Counted from the first letter of the stretch, positions 1-9,740 are shown. The stretch: DNA of 20,000 nt from an uncultured virus (IMG/VR IMGVR_UViG_3300022748_000439) (IMGVR_UViG_3300022748_000439), one strand, 5' to 3'. Notes: generated from the sequence alone by a model not told the origin. Numbers and translations: made by a program.

Positions 1-2850
1 CTGACCGTGCTGCCAACCTCGGTCGAGGCGACGTTGGTCAGAACAAGCCGGTCAAGTTCTGTGACGGAAGCTCCACCATCATTGATCGTGTCGCTGCCAT
101 CGCCCTTGGTCCAGACATAGGAATCCGACCCGTTTCCACCAACCAGCGAGTCGATGTCGGTTCCACCGACAAGGTGATCATCGCCATTGCCACCATTCAG
201 CGTATCGGAACCGGCCAAGCCATACATATTGTCTGCATATCCACTGCCAGTCAGCGTTTCGCTTCCAACGGTGCCGGTCATCTGAGTATTCGCGAGGATA
301 GCATCGAGGTTCCAGACGGTTCCATCCGCGAATTCGATGACTTCGATGCCGTAGGTGTTAGAGGGGTTGCTGAACCTGTTCAGGACGGTAATCACCTCAC
401 TGCCGATGGTGATCATCAGGTTGTTGCTGCCGCTGGCATGAGAAAGAACGACCTGACCTGGATTGACGTTCTTCAAGACCAGCTTATCGAGGCTCACGCT
501 CGTGCTCGACGTGTCGTCGATCGTGTCGTTTCCGCCCCCGATCGACCAGATATAGGTGTCGGAGTTTTCTTGCCCCCTGAGCATATCCGCACCAGTTCCG
601 CCTTCAAGGATGTCGTCCCCATCGCCTGTGGAAATGGTATCGTTTCCGCCCCCACCCTGGATATTGTCCGCATAGACAGTGCCTGTAAGCGCGTCCGCCG
701 CAGACGTCCCCGTCAGATTGGTGTGGGCAAGGATTTCGTCGAGCGTCCACTCCGTTCCGTCAGCAAAGACGATCTTCTCGATTCCGTACCCGGAGACCTC
801 CCCAGACACAGAGGCGAAACGATTATTGATCGTGATGACTGCCGTCGAGCCGTTGATGGACACCAGCAAATCATTGCTGCCTTGCATGCGCTTCAAGCTG
901 ACGTCCGTCGGCGATTGGACATCCGTCAGCACCAGCGTATCGGTCTCGGTCCGGCTCTGACCGCTGTCGTCGATCAGGTCGCTGTCGTCACGGCGGGTCC
1001 AGACATAGGTGTCGGAACCAACGCCGCCTTTGACCGTGTCATTGCCATCGCCACCGATCAGCGTATCGTCGCCAGCCTTTGCATCAATGACATCCGCCCC
1101 GCCATTGCCAGAAATGATGTCACTGAACGCCCAGCCGTTGAGCGTGTCCCCGGCCCCCCATCCGGTGGTCGAAATGATGCCGACCGGATTGGCAAGCACT
1201 TCCATGGTGACGCCATCTGCGAAGGCAATCAGCTCGACCCCGCGTCCGTCGCCATTGGAGTTGAAGCGGTTCTTGACTGTGATCGTTTCGCCGCCGACAG
1301 CGATCAGAAGATCCGTGCCTGACTTGGTCAGTGTCGCGGCAGATGATGCCATCCCATTCAGGACCAGCGTATCGACCTCTGACATCGTCGTGCCCGTATC
1401 GCTGAGCACGTCGTTCCCGTCGCCAGTCGACCATTCGAACCGGTCGTTCCCGGCCCCCCCGTCGAGGATGTCGCCCCCCTTCCCACCGACGAGCAAATCA
1501 TCATTCTTGCCCGCGCTGATCGTATCGGCTCCATCTCCGCCATATATGTTGTCGATGAAATCCGTCCCATTCAGCACATCGGAGTTGACCGTACCTATAA
1601 CTTTCGTGCGAGCCCAGATGTCGTCGAGTGTCCAAATGACGCCATCACCAAACCTGATCTCTTCGATCCCGGAGTTTGCATTCGATGTTGTACTGAACCG
1701 GTTGATGACCGTTATGATCTCACCGCCGATATCGACGAGCAGGTCGGACGACCCCGAGACGCGCTTCAGGGCAACACTGGAGGAGCTTACACCTTCCAGA
1801 ATCAGAACGTCGGTCTCATGCGTCGTCGAGTCATCGTCCCTGATCGTGTCGTTGCCGTCCCCGATCCGCCAATTATAGGTATCCGAGCCATTCCCGCCCT
1901 TCAGAATGTCATCGCCAGTTCCCCCGTCCAGGGTATCGTCGCCGCCTTGCCCTATCAGCGTATCGTTGCCGCCATTTCCGACATAGTGGTCCTCGAAGGC
2001 CGTGCCGGAGTAATTCTGCGCCCCACTGTCACCGACAAGCGCGCCACGGTCCATGATTTCGGTTAGGGTCCAGATCACACCGTCGCTGAATTCGATGACT
2101 TCGATCCCCCGACCCTGACGGACCCCATCAACTTCGTAGTCGCGGTCCTTGATCAGGATGTCGGCACCACCGATGCCAGCGATGTGGATGATGATATCCT
2201 TGTTTGCGGCCACATCGCTGATCGTCACCTCGGTTGAAGCAACGTCCGTCAGGACCAGGCGGTCGACTTCCACTGTCGACAAGGCATTGTCTTCAATCGT
2301 ATCGGCACCATCGCCGCGCGACCAGATGTAGGTGTCTCCGCCGGCACTACCTTTCAGATAATCCAGGCCGGTACCGCCAACCAGCTTGTCGTTGCCGTCC
2401 GATCCGTTCAGCGTGTCGTTCCCGGCGCCGCCATACATGTTCTCGACATAGTTTCCGCGCCCGATGCTTTCAGAGAGGCTCCCTGCCTGATTGGCCGTTT
2501 TCTCCTTGATGTTGTCTAGGCTCCAGATAACACCGTCGCCGAATTTGATGGCTTCAATGCCTTTCGCATCGTTCAAGTTCGCCATCTGGCTCTTGACGGT
2601 GATATACGCACCGTTCGGAAGATCGATCCGCAGATCATTGGTGAAAACAACGCGTGACAAGGTGACCGACGTGCTCGCCACATCGGTCAGGACGAGCACA
2701 TCCGTTTCCAGGCGAGACGTTTCAGAATCGTCGATCACATCGTTCCCATCCCCGGTGGACCAGATGTATTGATCGCTACCTGCCCCGCCGACCAAAGTAT
2801 CGTTCCCGGCCATTCCGTGAAAAATCTGGGCGTCGGTCGTAGCAGTCAGT
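1..2850 (-). repeat. RTX GGxGxDxL nonapeptide repeats alternating with haemolysin-type Ca-binding-related blocks
   Basis: Repeated GGxGxDxLxGG runs followed by D.Y.W..GDG.D.I.D / L.LTDV / IE.I.F.DG..W blocks (e.g. DSYVWTKGDGSDTIND, DQYIWSTGDGNDVIDD, DTYIWSRGDGADTIED). Confidence 0.9.
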
Positions 2851-5800
2851 GGAACGGCGATTGTTTCACTCGCGGCCGTCCCGAAAAGCTCAGACAGGAG
2901 CGGCGCCGATGTCGCAACATGATCGTTGCCCACGGCGGTCTTTTCCGAACTTAATGTCAGGGAAGCAATGAACTGATCCTTGGTGATATAACCCGCAGAG
3001 AGATTCTCTTCCCAGATCTGAGTTTCGTCTGCCGTGGGCTGGCGCCCCAGCGCATTGATAAACGCCTGTTCGACAAGAGCAACGCCGCTCAAGCCTTTCA
3101 GCGAATTGCTGGCAATGCCCGCAATATCTCCACTTTCCTGTCGAAGCTTCGCCACAAGATCATCTGGGTTGCTCTTGCCGGTAAGCAGCAAGTTGGAAAG
3201 ATAGTCGAGCTCCTGTTCAGTTGCATCACGGTCGTACATAGTGTCGATCAGGCGTTCTGCTATCGACCTGGTGTAGGCAACGTCCAGACTGCGCTCGAAC
3301 TGTGCCGGGTTAAGGATCACGTCAAAGTTGTTGCTGGACAGATGACTATTACCTACGACCTGATGTTCAACAGATTCAGAAACTTCCAACATGATTTGCG
3401 CCCGTGTCATCTTGGCAGTGACTGTTGCGCTTGAGTAGAGATTGCGGATTACGTAGTCGAGTTCCTCAAGTGTGGGCGCTCGGCCGAGAGCGTTCAGATA
3501 GATTTGTGTCGCAAATTCAGCACTGTTCTGGCCACCATCCGCGCTGGTGGGATCGATGTAGCGGGTTCCGAACTCCCCTTGAGCGGTCGTTCCATCTGGA
3601 CCGACAAGCGCAGCAGCCAGAGCAAGCTTGTCCAACTGGCCATCCTTCACGTAGGCAACCAACTGCTCAACTTCGTTGAAATCCATGTTGCGATCGAGAA
3701 CGGTGTCGTAGATGCGTGCGGCTTCATCAAGAACGCGCGCCTTGTCCTCCGCGTCCAATTGCGCCGTCGTCGTCGTAGACTGGGTGCGGACTTCGGTGTA
3801 GGTGTTATCGCTGCCCGACCATGTATATAAATATTGCCAAGTTGTGGTCATCGTCCAAGTTTCGATCCCGAAGGCGTCAACCTCGTGCTCGACGATCACG
3901 TTTTGGCCGCCGCTAGGGCTGTTTGAACTGCCGGTCCCGGTGCCTGAAAGCGTGATATCGACGCCGTTGTTCCAAGTGTATGAACCATTGTTCAGCGCCG
4001 AACGGCTAATCGTCTGTTCGTTTCCGCTGCGGGTGATCGTGGTTTCAAGCCCGTCAGCCGAAGTGACAGTCGTGAAGACCTGCCCTTTCATCCCGCCTGT
4101 GTTGTAGGCGGTTTCCGCTTCGACGGTGGAGCCATCGGAGAGAACCCTGCGCTCGATGATCTTGTCCGCAATCCCGTTGCCGTCGTAATCCTGCCACTCG
4201 ACTGTTTCGCGGCCATCTGCGCTGATTTCTGTCTGGAAATTCGAGCGCAGATCGCCATTGGCATAAGATGTACGCTGTGTCAGACTGCGGCTACCATCAA
4301 CGTTCAGGACCGTATCGGCTTGCGATGATCCGTCAAAAATTCCGTCGCCGTCGATGTCATATTGTGTAGCCGAATGAAGCCCGTTCGCAGAGGTGGTTGT
4401 CACCGACTTGAAGCTCAAGCGACCACTGCCCGAAGCCTCAATCTTGGTGAAGATCTCGCTTCCATCGATGCCATAGGTCACTTCGGTGCGACGAAGGAAG
4501 TCTACTGCACCATCTGCGTCGACATCAAAGGAATGGCTTGCAAGCAAACCATCAGCGCTGAAACTGCTGGTCACGCGCGCCTCGACATTGCCGAGTTGAT
4601 CCAGATCCCGATAGACCGAAGTCCGGTCGCCGCCAAGGTCGATAACTGTGACGACATCCTGGTCGACGTCGCCATCTCCATCACGATCGATCGCAATAGT
4701 ACGCGTGCGCCCATCGGCGCTGACCGTTTCGACCACCGAGCGCTGCAGGTCCTCGCCGAGACCATAGTTGCGTGTGATCGCGGTGACCGCCCCATCGGCA
4801 GTCTTGACCACTGTGTTGACACGATCTGAAGACACGCCGAGCGTATTGGTTGTGGTTGGCGTGCCGAACGTGTTGCTTTCGTTTGTCGCAGAAGCCGTAA
4901 TATAGTTGGCGTAATCAGTCGTCTTGGTTGTGATCAGCCCATCGCCGCTCTGCACTGTAGTGATAGTAGCCAAAAGGTCGCTGACCTCATCGAAGCTTTG
5001 CTGAACCGTCGTCGTACACCCATCCGAGTTGAGCGTTGTGACGGTTTCGCCACGGGCCTCGAAGAGGCAATCGCCGTCGATATCCAGCTTCGTGGTCTGT
5101 TGGAGCCCATCATCGCTTGTGATGATATCGGCCGCGGCCACCAACACATTGCTGCCGTTGTGATAGGCTACCATGCGGCTGACGGTTCCGTCGCTACCAA
5201 GGACCGTTACCTCTCTCGATTGAAGGTCGATCCGGCCATCCGCGTTGCGATCAACAGAGGCATCTCGTGTCAGCCCGTCCGCCGAAACGCTTCTCGTCTG
5301 ATGCGCCTCCAGCACGCCTCCCATCGAATACAGGTCGGTCGTCGTCGCAACGCTCCCGTCGCCCAGAAGTGTCGAAACGGACGATCGATCCGTCGATCCG
5401 TCCCCATCGAGATCAATCGTCGTCGTGACAGTCCGACGATCTGCGCTGGTCACTATAACTTGCCGGTCGATCAGGCTGTTGTCGGCTGAGCGATGTTCAA
5501 GCGTTTCGGTCACGACACCCGTTGTCACCACGCCTTTTGTCGAAACCGTCCTAAGATCGGTGGTGCCATTCCCGTCAAGATCGTCTAGCCGCGTGACGGT
5601 CAGCCCATCGTCACTGGTGGTCACAGTCGAACTTGCATAGGCTGCGCTGTTCAGGCCACGCCCAGTATCGGTTTCGCTCACCGATCCATCGGCATTCAGG
5701 ACACGAAGCACTTCTGCCCGGCGCTCGAATTGAGCGTCCCCGTCCCGATCCCATTCATGTGTGACCGCAAGTCCGTTCGCGCTGATAGTCCTGCGCTCCT

Positions 5801-8800
5801 GGCTGACCAGGGCACCCGTTTCGGTGGTGTCTATTGCGGTTTCGGTCACCGTGCCATCGTTCGCGACGCTTCGGCTGGTCTGCCGATCCACCTGGCCATC
5901 GCCATTGAGGTCTGCCGAGACAATCGTCAATCGCCCGTCATCCGAAATCGTGGTGGTCGTCTTTTCGCGTAACAGACCCGCAAGATCGCGAAGTTCGCCA
6001 ACGACCTGAGTTCCTCCGTCCGCGAGGAGGGTCGTGGTCTTCGTCAGGACCAAGTCATAGTCATTGTCGCCATCGGCGTCCGAGCGCTGGATGGTCACCA
6101 GCCCGTCATCGCTGACCACTGTCTGGCTCCGCGCCAGAATCTGGCCGTTCGCGTTCTTGACCAGTTCAGTCGTGGTTTGACTGCCGTTGATGTTAAGAAC
6201 TGTAGTTGAGGTCGTGGTCCGATCAAACACCCCGTCGCCGTTCAAATCCGACTGCGTCGTGGTAACCAGGCCGTCGTCGCTTGTGTTGATGACGGTAAGG
6301 ACCCGGTTGCTGCCATCGCCGTTGTTGACGTCCTGCGTGCGCGTCTCGCTTCCATTGGCATTCAGAACAGTCGACCCAGCCATGACCGTTTCGAAAACGC
6401 CATCGCCGTCCGCGTCGAGGCTCGTATTCTGGACGAGGCCATTGGCGCTGATCGTGTTGATGGATTTCGAGACAATGGCGCCATTCGCCGCAAAGGTGGT
6501 GTCCGTAACTGTCGAAGCACCGTCACTGCCCTCGACGGTCTGCACCAAACGGTCTGTGTGGCCATCGCCATCAGCGTCCGTGGCAACAGTTTTCGTCCGC
6601 CGGTCAGCGCTTTCGACAATCGTCGTTCGCCCCGTCAATGTCGTTCCGTTCCCAGCATAGCTTGAGACGGTGCGTGTCACACTCCCATCGCCGCCAAGGG
6701 CCCGGACTTCGACCGTCTGACTGTCAAAATCTCCGTCAAAGTCGATGTCGACCTTGTGCGATACCGCCAGCCCGTCGGCACTGGTCACCGTCACCTCGCG
6801 CGACCGCTGACTTCCATCCTGGTTCGTGAGCTCAAGAACCCGCGTCGCCACCCCGCCCGAAACCGTGGTCACATCCGAAACCGCCGTATCGGTATCGCCG
6901 TCGCCGTCCGCATCGACCCTGGTCGTCGTCGTCAACCCATCGGCACTCGTCACCGCAATGCTTTTCGCCCTGACCGACCCATCCGCATTCCGCACCCAAA
7001 CCGTCTCGGTCCGCGCCCCGGTCCCGGCAGCCACCGTCACCGACTTCACCAGATCCGTCGCCTGCAACACCCCATCCTGGTTCTGATCCACCCAGGTCTC
7101 GGCCGCTACCTTGTCGGCACCAAGGGTCTCCTTCACCATGCTCCGGACCGAGCCATCCGTGTTCGTCGCCGTCACCGTCCGGACCCGGCTGCCATCGCCA
7201 TTGATCACCGTCTTGTCCAGCGTCACCAGGTCGGTATCCCCGTCGCCGTCCACATCCCGGCTGGCCGTCCTGGTCAGCGCATCCGCCGACTGCACCACCG
7301 TCGACGCCGACCGGACCGAGCCATCGCCGTTCTTCACCGTCACGACCGAGGTTGTCACCGCCCCCGCCGCCCCGGTGATCGAGGTTTCCTCCAACCGGTC
7401 CACGTCCCCGTCGCCGTCCAGATCACTCGCGACCGTGCGGACCTTGCCATTGGCGCTGACAGTCTCCGTCTCTCCCGCCCGTAAGGACGTGTCGCCGTTG
7501 CGGACCGTCATCACCTCGGTCCGGCTCAAATTCCCCGCCACCGTGATCGTGTGCCCAACTACCGTCTCGGCCACGCCATTCCCGTCGCGGTCCGTGCCTT
7601 CTGTCCGCACCTGCCCGCCCGCCGAAACCGTCTCGCTCCGGCTATGGATCAACGTCCCGTTCGCCGCCAGCTCGCTCAGCACTTCCGTCCGGCTGCCATC
7701 GGTGTTCGTCGTCCAGACCTCGCGCTGATCGAACCAGCCGCCCCCGGTCGAGTCCCTCTCGATCGTGATCACCTTCCCATCCGCGCTCGTGGTCGTCACG
7801 GTCCTGTTCGCGATGATCCCAGCAGTGACATCGCTACCCAGCCGGTTCACCAGTGTCTCGACCTTGCTGCCGTCGCCGTTCGTGACCGTTTGAATCCGCT
7901 GCGACCGGTCGTTCACCCCGTCGCCATTCTCGTCCCACAGCCGCAGGATATCGTCGCCCGACGGGCTGGTGACCGTAATGATCCGGAACGCCGCCCCGCC
8001 ATCCGCGTCATAGCCGGTCTGCGTCACCACCCGGTTCACCCCGTTGGTGCCGACCGTCTCCACCACCCGGTGCCCCGCCGCTTCGGCCACGAGGGCCGCG
8101 TTCGCCACTGTCCCCGTCGTCCCGTTCGCGCGAGTGAACGTGGTCTGCCCGGTGATGGTGGACCCATCCGGCAGCCCGATGTTCACCGCATTGGCGGTCA
8201 AGTTGATCGCGGTGATCCCCAGTTCCGCTAGGCTCTTGACGGTGGTCGAGCCATCCGCATTCGTCACCAGCACCTTGAACTTCGCGAAATCGGCATCCGC
8301 CGCCGTCAACTTGCCGTCGCCGTTTGAGTCAAAGACCGACCGGATCGCCTCCATGTCCCCCGTCGCCGTCGGGTCCCATTCGGTGAAGACATACTGCCGC
8401 GCTTCGGTGATCGCATTGCGGCCATCCGGGTCGAAGAACAGCACCCCATCCCCGGCCCCCGCCCAAGAAGTCCGGTGCGAAAGGCCGTCCTTACCCGCCA
8501 CGAACGCAGAGGACTTGTCGAATTCGGTGATCTTCACCCCATCGCCGTCAAGGTCGAGGAGGATGGGACGGCGACCCTCGGTCGCGGTCGGGTCATCTTT
8601 CGGATTTGCCGCTTGGCCAGAGTCGGCCCCGCCCCCGCCGCCGCCCGTTACCGAAGTCGCTGTCTGAGTCTTGCCACCAGAAGAGTAGGTCGTCTTATAT
8701 GTCGTCCTGCCGGTGACTGTGCTGCTTGCTCCGCCGGACGTGTTCGCCGCCTGACCAGCGTCCGCGCCGCCTCCGCCAGATCCGTTGATGTATGAGGTCG

Positions 8801-9737
8801 TCTGGGTCGTACCGCCTGACGTGTAGGTTACGGTCGAGGTGGCGCCAATCGCAGTGTTCCCTTCCGGGGCACTGTCATAAAGCCCTCCCTCATAGCCAAC
8901 GTATTCCCTTAATATTCTGTCGGGATACGTGTTTGGATCGCCATCGTTGTCAAAAACAATTTGAGTCACCTTGGCGTCAAATCGTGAGTCATCTGGTGAC
9001 AGATCAACCGGGATGACCCTTGTCTCAGTGGTTACTGTTGGTATGTATCCTCTTGGTGTGGGGTGCCCAAGTGGGTCCGATGCGGTCTTAGAAATAACCA
9101 CGTAGGTTCCGGAGGCAGGAGCGCCGCTTCCAACAAAATTAATATCGAATCCGACGCCGTAGCCTCCAGCTTGCAATGCGGTATATGTTTCGCCTATTGT
9201 CTTTGCAATTGACTCCTTAATAGTGCCTAAAAAAGTGTCAGAATTTATTTCGAAGTCAAAATTCTCCTGAGTCGGTCTAATTTCTCCTTCTACTGAAATT
9301 ACTGTGACAGTCGTTCTTACAGTATTTCCTGATACAACTGTGGTCGTCGTTTTGGTGGAAATGACCTCCATTTTGCCCTTAATGGCGGCAGAAGTTTTGC
9401 CCCACACGAATGAATTCGGTATATCCCGTGCGTCAAGCGCAACCATACCTTCTGTATCATAATAGCTGTGCTTTATGACGACCCGAGTGGCGCCGGTCGC
9501 TTTAGCATCGGCGACACTGGACTCGAGTGTTACCGTGCCAGTCAAGCCACTATTAACAACCTCTTTTGCAAGAGCCGCTGCGATTTTCTCTACGGTGAAT
9601 ACGCTTCCGCCGCCTGATGTCATATGGCTTTCCATATCTACATACGCAGCATCTCCCGAACCCTCCAGCCAGTGGTCGATTGCGGCGTCAACATCCAAGT
9701 CATTAATCGGATCATTCGGCGTTCCCAGAGTTGCCAC
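1..9737 (-). CDS. Giant RTX-family (type I secreted) Ca-binding protein, >3245 aa, 3' end outside the window; variable N-terminal putative toxin domain
   Basis: I translated segments at 3-240, ~2950-3730, 7080-7335 and 8250-9737; all fall in one minus frame. The track lists no terminated ORF in this frame, and the plus-strand shadow ORFs keep a constant phase, which argues against frameshifts. GTG start at 9737 with GGGGAG just upstream, 3 nt after the upstream TAG. N-terminus MATLGTPNDPINDLDVDAAIDHWLEGSG; last part in window ...ADNMYGLAGSDTLNGGNGDDHLVGGTDIDSLVGGNGSDSYVWTKGDGSDTIND. Confidence 0.92.
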   Translation of the reverse strand, partial: MATLGTPNDPINDLDVDAAIDHWLEGSGDAAYVDMESHMTSGGGSVFTVEKIAAALAKEVVNSGLTGTVTLESSVADAKATGATRVVIKHSYYDTEGMVALDARDIPNSFVWGKTSAAIKGKMEVISTKTTTTVVSGNTVRTTVTVISVEGEIRPTQENFDFEINSDTFLGTIKESIAKTIGETYTALQAGGYGVGFDINFVGSGAPASGTYVVISKTASDPLGHPTPRGYIPTVTTETRVIPVDLSPDDSRFDAKVTQIVFDNDGDPNTYPDRILREYVGYEGGLYDSAPEGNTAIGATSTVTYTSGGTTQTTSYINGSGGGGADAGQAANTSGGASSTVTGRTTYKTTYSSGGKTQTATSVTGGGGGGADSGQAANPKDDPTATEGRRPILLDLDGDGVKITEFDKSSAFVAGKDGLSHRTSWAGAGDGVLFFDPDGRNAITEARQYVFTEWDPTATGDMEAIRSVFDSNGDGKLTAADADFAKFKVLVTNADGSTTVKSLAELGITAINLTANAVNIGLPDGSTITGQTTFTRANGTTGTVANAALVAEAAGHRVVETVGTNGVNRVVTQTGYDADGGAAFRIITVTSPSGDDILRLWDENGDGVNDRSQRIQTVTNGDGSKVETLVNRLGSDVTAGIIANRTVTTTSADGKVITIERDSTGGGWFDQREVWTTNTDGSRTEVLSELAANGTLIHSRSETVSAGGQVRTEGTDRDGNGVAETVVGHTITVAGNLSRTEVMTVRNGDTSLRAGETETVSANGKVRTVASDLDGDGDVDRLEETSITGAAGAVTTSVVTVKNGDGSVRSASTVVQSADALTRTASRDVDGDGDTDLVTLDKTVINGDGSRVRTVTATNTDGSVRSMVKETLGADKVAAETWVDQNQDGVLQATDLVKSVTVAAGTGARTETVWVRNADGSVRAKSIAVTSADGLTTTTRVDADGDGDTDTAVSDVTTVSGGVATRVLELTNQDGSQRSREVTVTSADGLAVSHKVDIDFDGDFDSQTVEVRALGGDGSVTRTVSSYAGNGTTLTGRTTIVESADRRTKTVATDADGDGHTDRLVQTVEGSDGASTVTDTTFAANGAIVSKSINTISANGLVQNTSLDADGDGVFETVMAGSTVLNANGSETRTQDVNNGDGSNRVLTVINTSDDGLVTTTQSDLNGDGVFDRTTTSTTVLNINGSQTTTELVKNANGQILARSQTVVSDDGLVTIQRSDADGDNDYDLVLTKTTTLLADGGTQVVGELRDLAGLLREKTTTTISDDGRLTIVSADLNGDGQVDRQTSRSVANDGTVTETAIDTTETGALVSQERRTISANGLAVTHEWDRDGDAQFERRAEVLRVLNADGSVSETDTGRGLNSAAYASSTVTTSDDGLTVTRLDDLDGNGTTDLRTVSTKGVVTTGVVTETLEHRSADNSLIDRQVIVTSADRRTVTTTIDLDGDGSTDRSSVSTLLGDGSVATTTDLYSMGGVLEAHQTRSVSADGLTRDASVDRNADGRIDLQSREVTVLGSDGTVSRMVAYHNGSNVLVAAADIITSDDGLQQTTKLDIDGDCLFEARGETVTTLNSDGCTTTVQQSFDEVSDLLATITTVQSGDGLITTKTTDYANYITASATNESNTFGTPTTTNTLGVSSDRVNTVVKTADGAVTAITRNYGLGEDLQRSVVETVSADGRTRTIAIDRDGDGDVDQDVVTVIDLGGDRTSVYRDLDQLGNVEARVTSSFSADGLLASHSFDVDADGAVDFLRRTEVTYGIDGSEIFTKIEASGSGRLSFKSVTTTSANGLHSATQYDIDGDGIFDGSSQADTVLNVDGSRSLTQRTSYANGDLRSNFQTEISADGRETVEWQDYDGNGIADKIIERRVLSDGSTVEAETAYNTGGMKGQVFTTVTSADGLETTITRSGNEQTISRSALNNGSYTWNNGVDITLSGTGTGSSNSPSGGQNVIVEHEVDAFGIETWTMTTTWQYLYTWSGSDNTYTEVRTQSTTTTAQLDAEDKARVLDEAARIYDTVLDRNMDFNEVEQLVAYVKDGQLDKLALAAALVGPDGTTAQGEFGTRYIDPTSADGGQNSAEFATQIYLNALGRAPTLEELDYVIRNLYSSATVTAKMTRAQIMLEVSESVEHQVVGNSHLSSNNFDVILNPAQFERSLDVAYTRSIAERLIDTMYDRDATEQELDYLSNLLLTGKSNPDDLVAKLRQESGDIAGIASNSLKGLSGVALVEQAFINALGRQPTADETQIWEENLSAGYITKDQFIASLTLSSEKTAVGNDHVATSAPLLSELFGTAASETIAVPLTATTDAQIFHGMAGNDTLVGGAGSDQYIWSTGDGNDVIDDSETSRLETDVLVLTDVASTSVTLSRVVFTNDLRIDLPNGAYITVKSQMANLNDAKGIEAIKFGDGVIWSLDNIKEKTANQAGSLSESIGRGNYVENMYGGAGNDTLNGSDGNDKLVGGTGLDYLKGSAGGDTYIWSRGDGADTIEDNALSTVEVDRLVLTDVASTEVTISDVAANKDIIIHIAGIGGADILIKDRDYEVDGVRQGRGIEVIEFSDGVIWTLTEIMDRGALVGDSGAQNYSGTAFEDHYVGNGGNDTLIGQGGDDTLDGGTGDDILKGGNGSDTYNWRIGDGNDTIRDDDSTTHETDVLILEGVSSSSVALKRVSGSSDLLVDIGGEIITVINRFSTTSNANSGIEEIRFGDGVIWTLDDIWARTKVIGTVNSDVLNGTDFIDNIYGGDGADTISAGKNDDLLVGGKGGDILDGGAGNDRFEWSTGDGNDVLSDTGTTMSEVDTLVLNGMASSAATLTKSGTDLLIAVGGETITVKNRFNSNGDGRGVELIAFADGVTMEVLANPVGIISTTGWGAGDTLNGWAFSDIISGNGGADVIDAKAGDDTLIGGDGNDTVKGGVGSDTYVWTRRDDSDLIDDSGQSRTETDTLVLTDVQSPTDVSLKRMQGSNDLLVSINGSTAVITINNRFASVSGEVSGYGIEKIVFADGTEWTLDEILAHTNLTGTSAADALTGTVYADNIQGGGGNDTISTGDGDDILEGGTGADMLRGQENSDTYIWSIGGGNDTIDDTSSTSVSLDKLVLKNVNPGQVVLSHASGSNNLMITIGSEVITVLNRFSNPSNTYGIEVIEFADGTVWNLDAILANTQMTGTVGSETLTGSGYADNMYGLAGSDTLNGGNGDDHLVGGTDIDSLVGGNGSDSYVWTKGDGSDTINDGGASVTELDRLVLTNVASTEVGSTV
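2950..3730 (-). other. Tandem DUF4214-like helical domains inside the RTX protein
   Basis: Motifs ARIYDTVLDR, QIYLNALGRAPTLEELDY, LIDTMYDRDATEQELDY, QAFINALGRQPTADETQIW and TRAQIMLEVSES match the DUF4214 pattern (Y..vLgR.pd..gl.yW) as I recall it. Confidence 0.75.
3800..8090 (-). repeat. Array of ~55-60 aa Thr-rich degenerate repeats (SADG / DxDGDGxxD / NxDGS turns), roughly 25 units
   Basis: Example from 7080-7335: KNGDGSVRSASTVVQSADALTRTASRDVDGDGDTDLVTLDKTVINGDGSRVRTVTATNTDGSVRS, 56 aa between the NxDGSVRS motifs. The unit count is estimated from length only. Confidence 0.8.
8090..8567 (-). other. FrpC-like self-processing module (SPM) homologue
   Basis: PILLDLDGDGVKITE...HRTSWAGAGDGVLFFDPDG...AIRSVFDSNGDGKLTAADADFAKFKV...KSLAELGITAINL parallels Neisseria FrpC SPM as recalled (PLALDLDGDGIET...TGWV..DDGLL..D...LDSNGD..I.AADA.F...TLEELGI.SLDL). 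Confidence 0.75.
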
Positions 9738-9740
9738 AAT

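Noticed and set aside
3800..8090. Recurring gccgtc/ccatcgccg motifs as a possible CRISPR or DNA repeat array
   Set aside because: They are degenerate codon-level repeats of DG/DGDG within a coding frame, with no fixed-length identical repeat-spacer structure.
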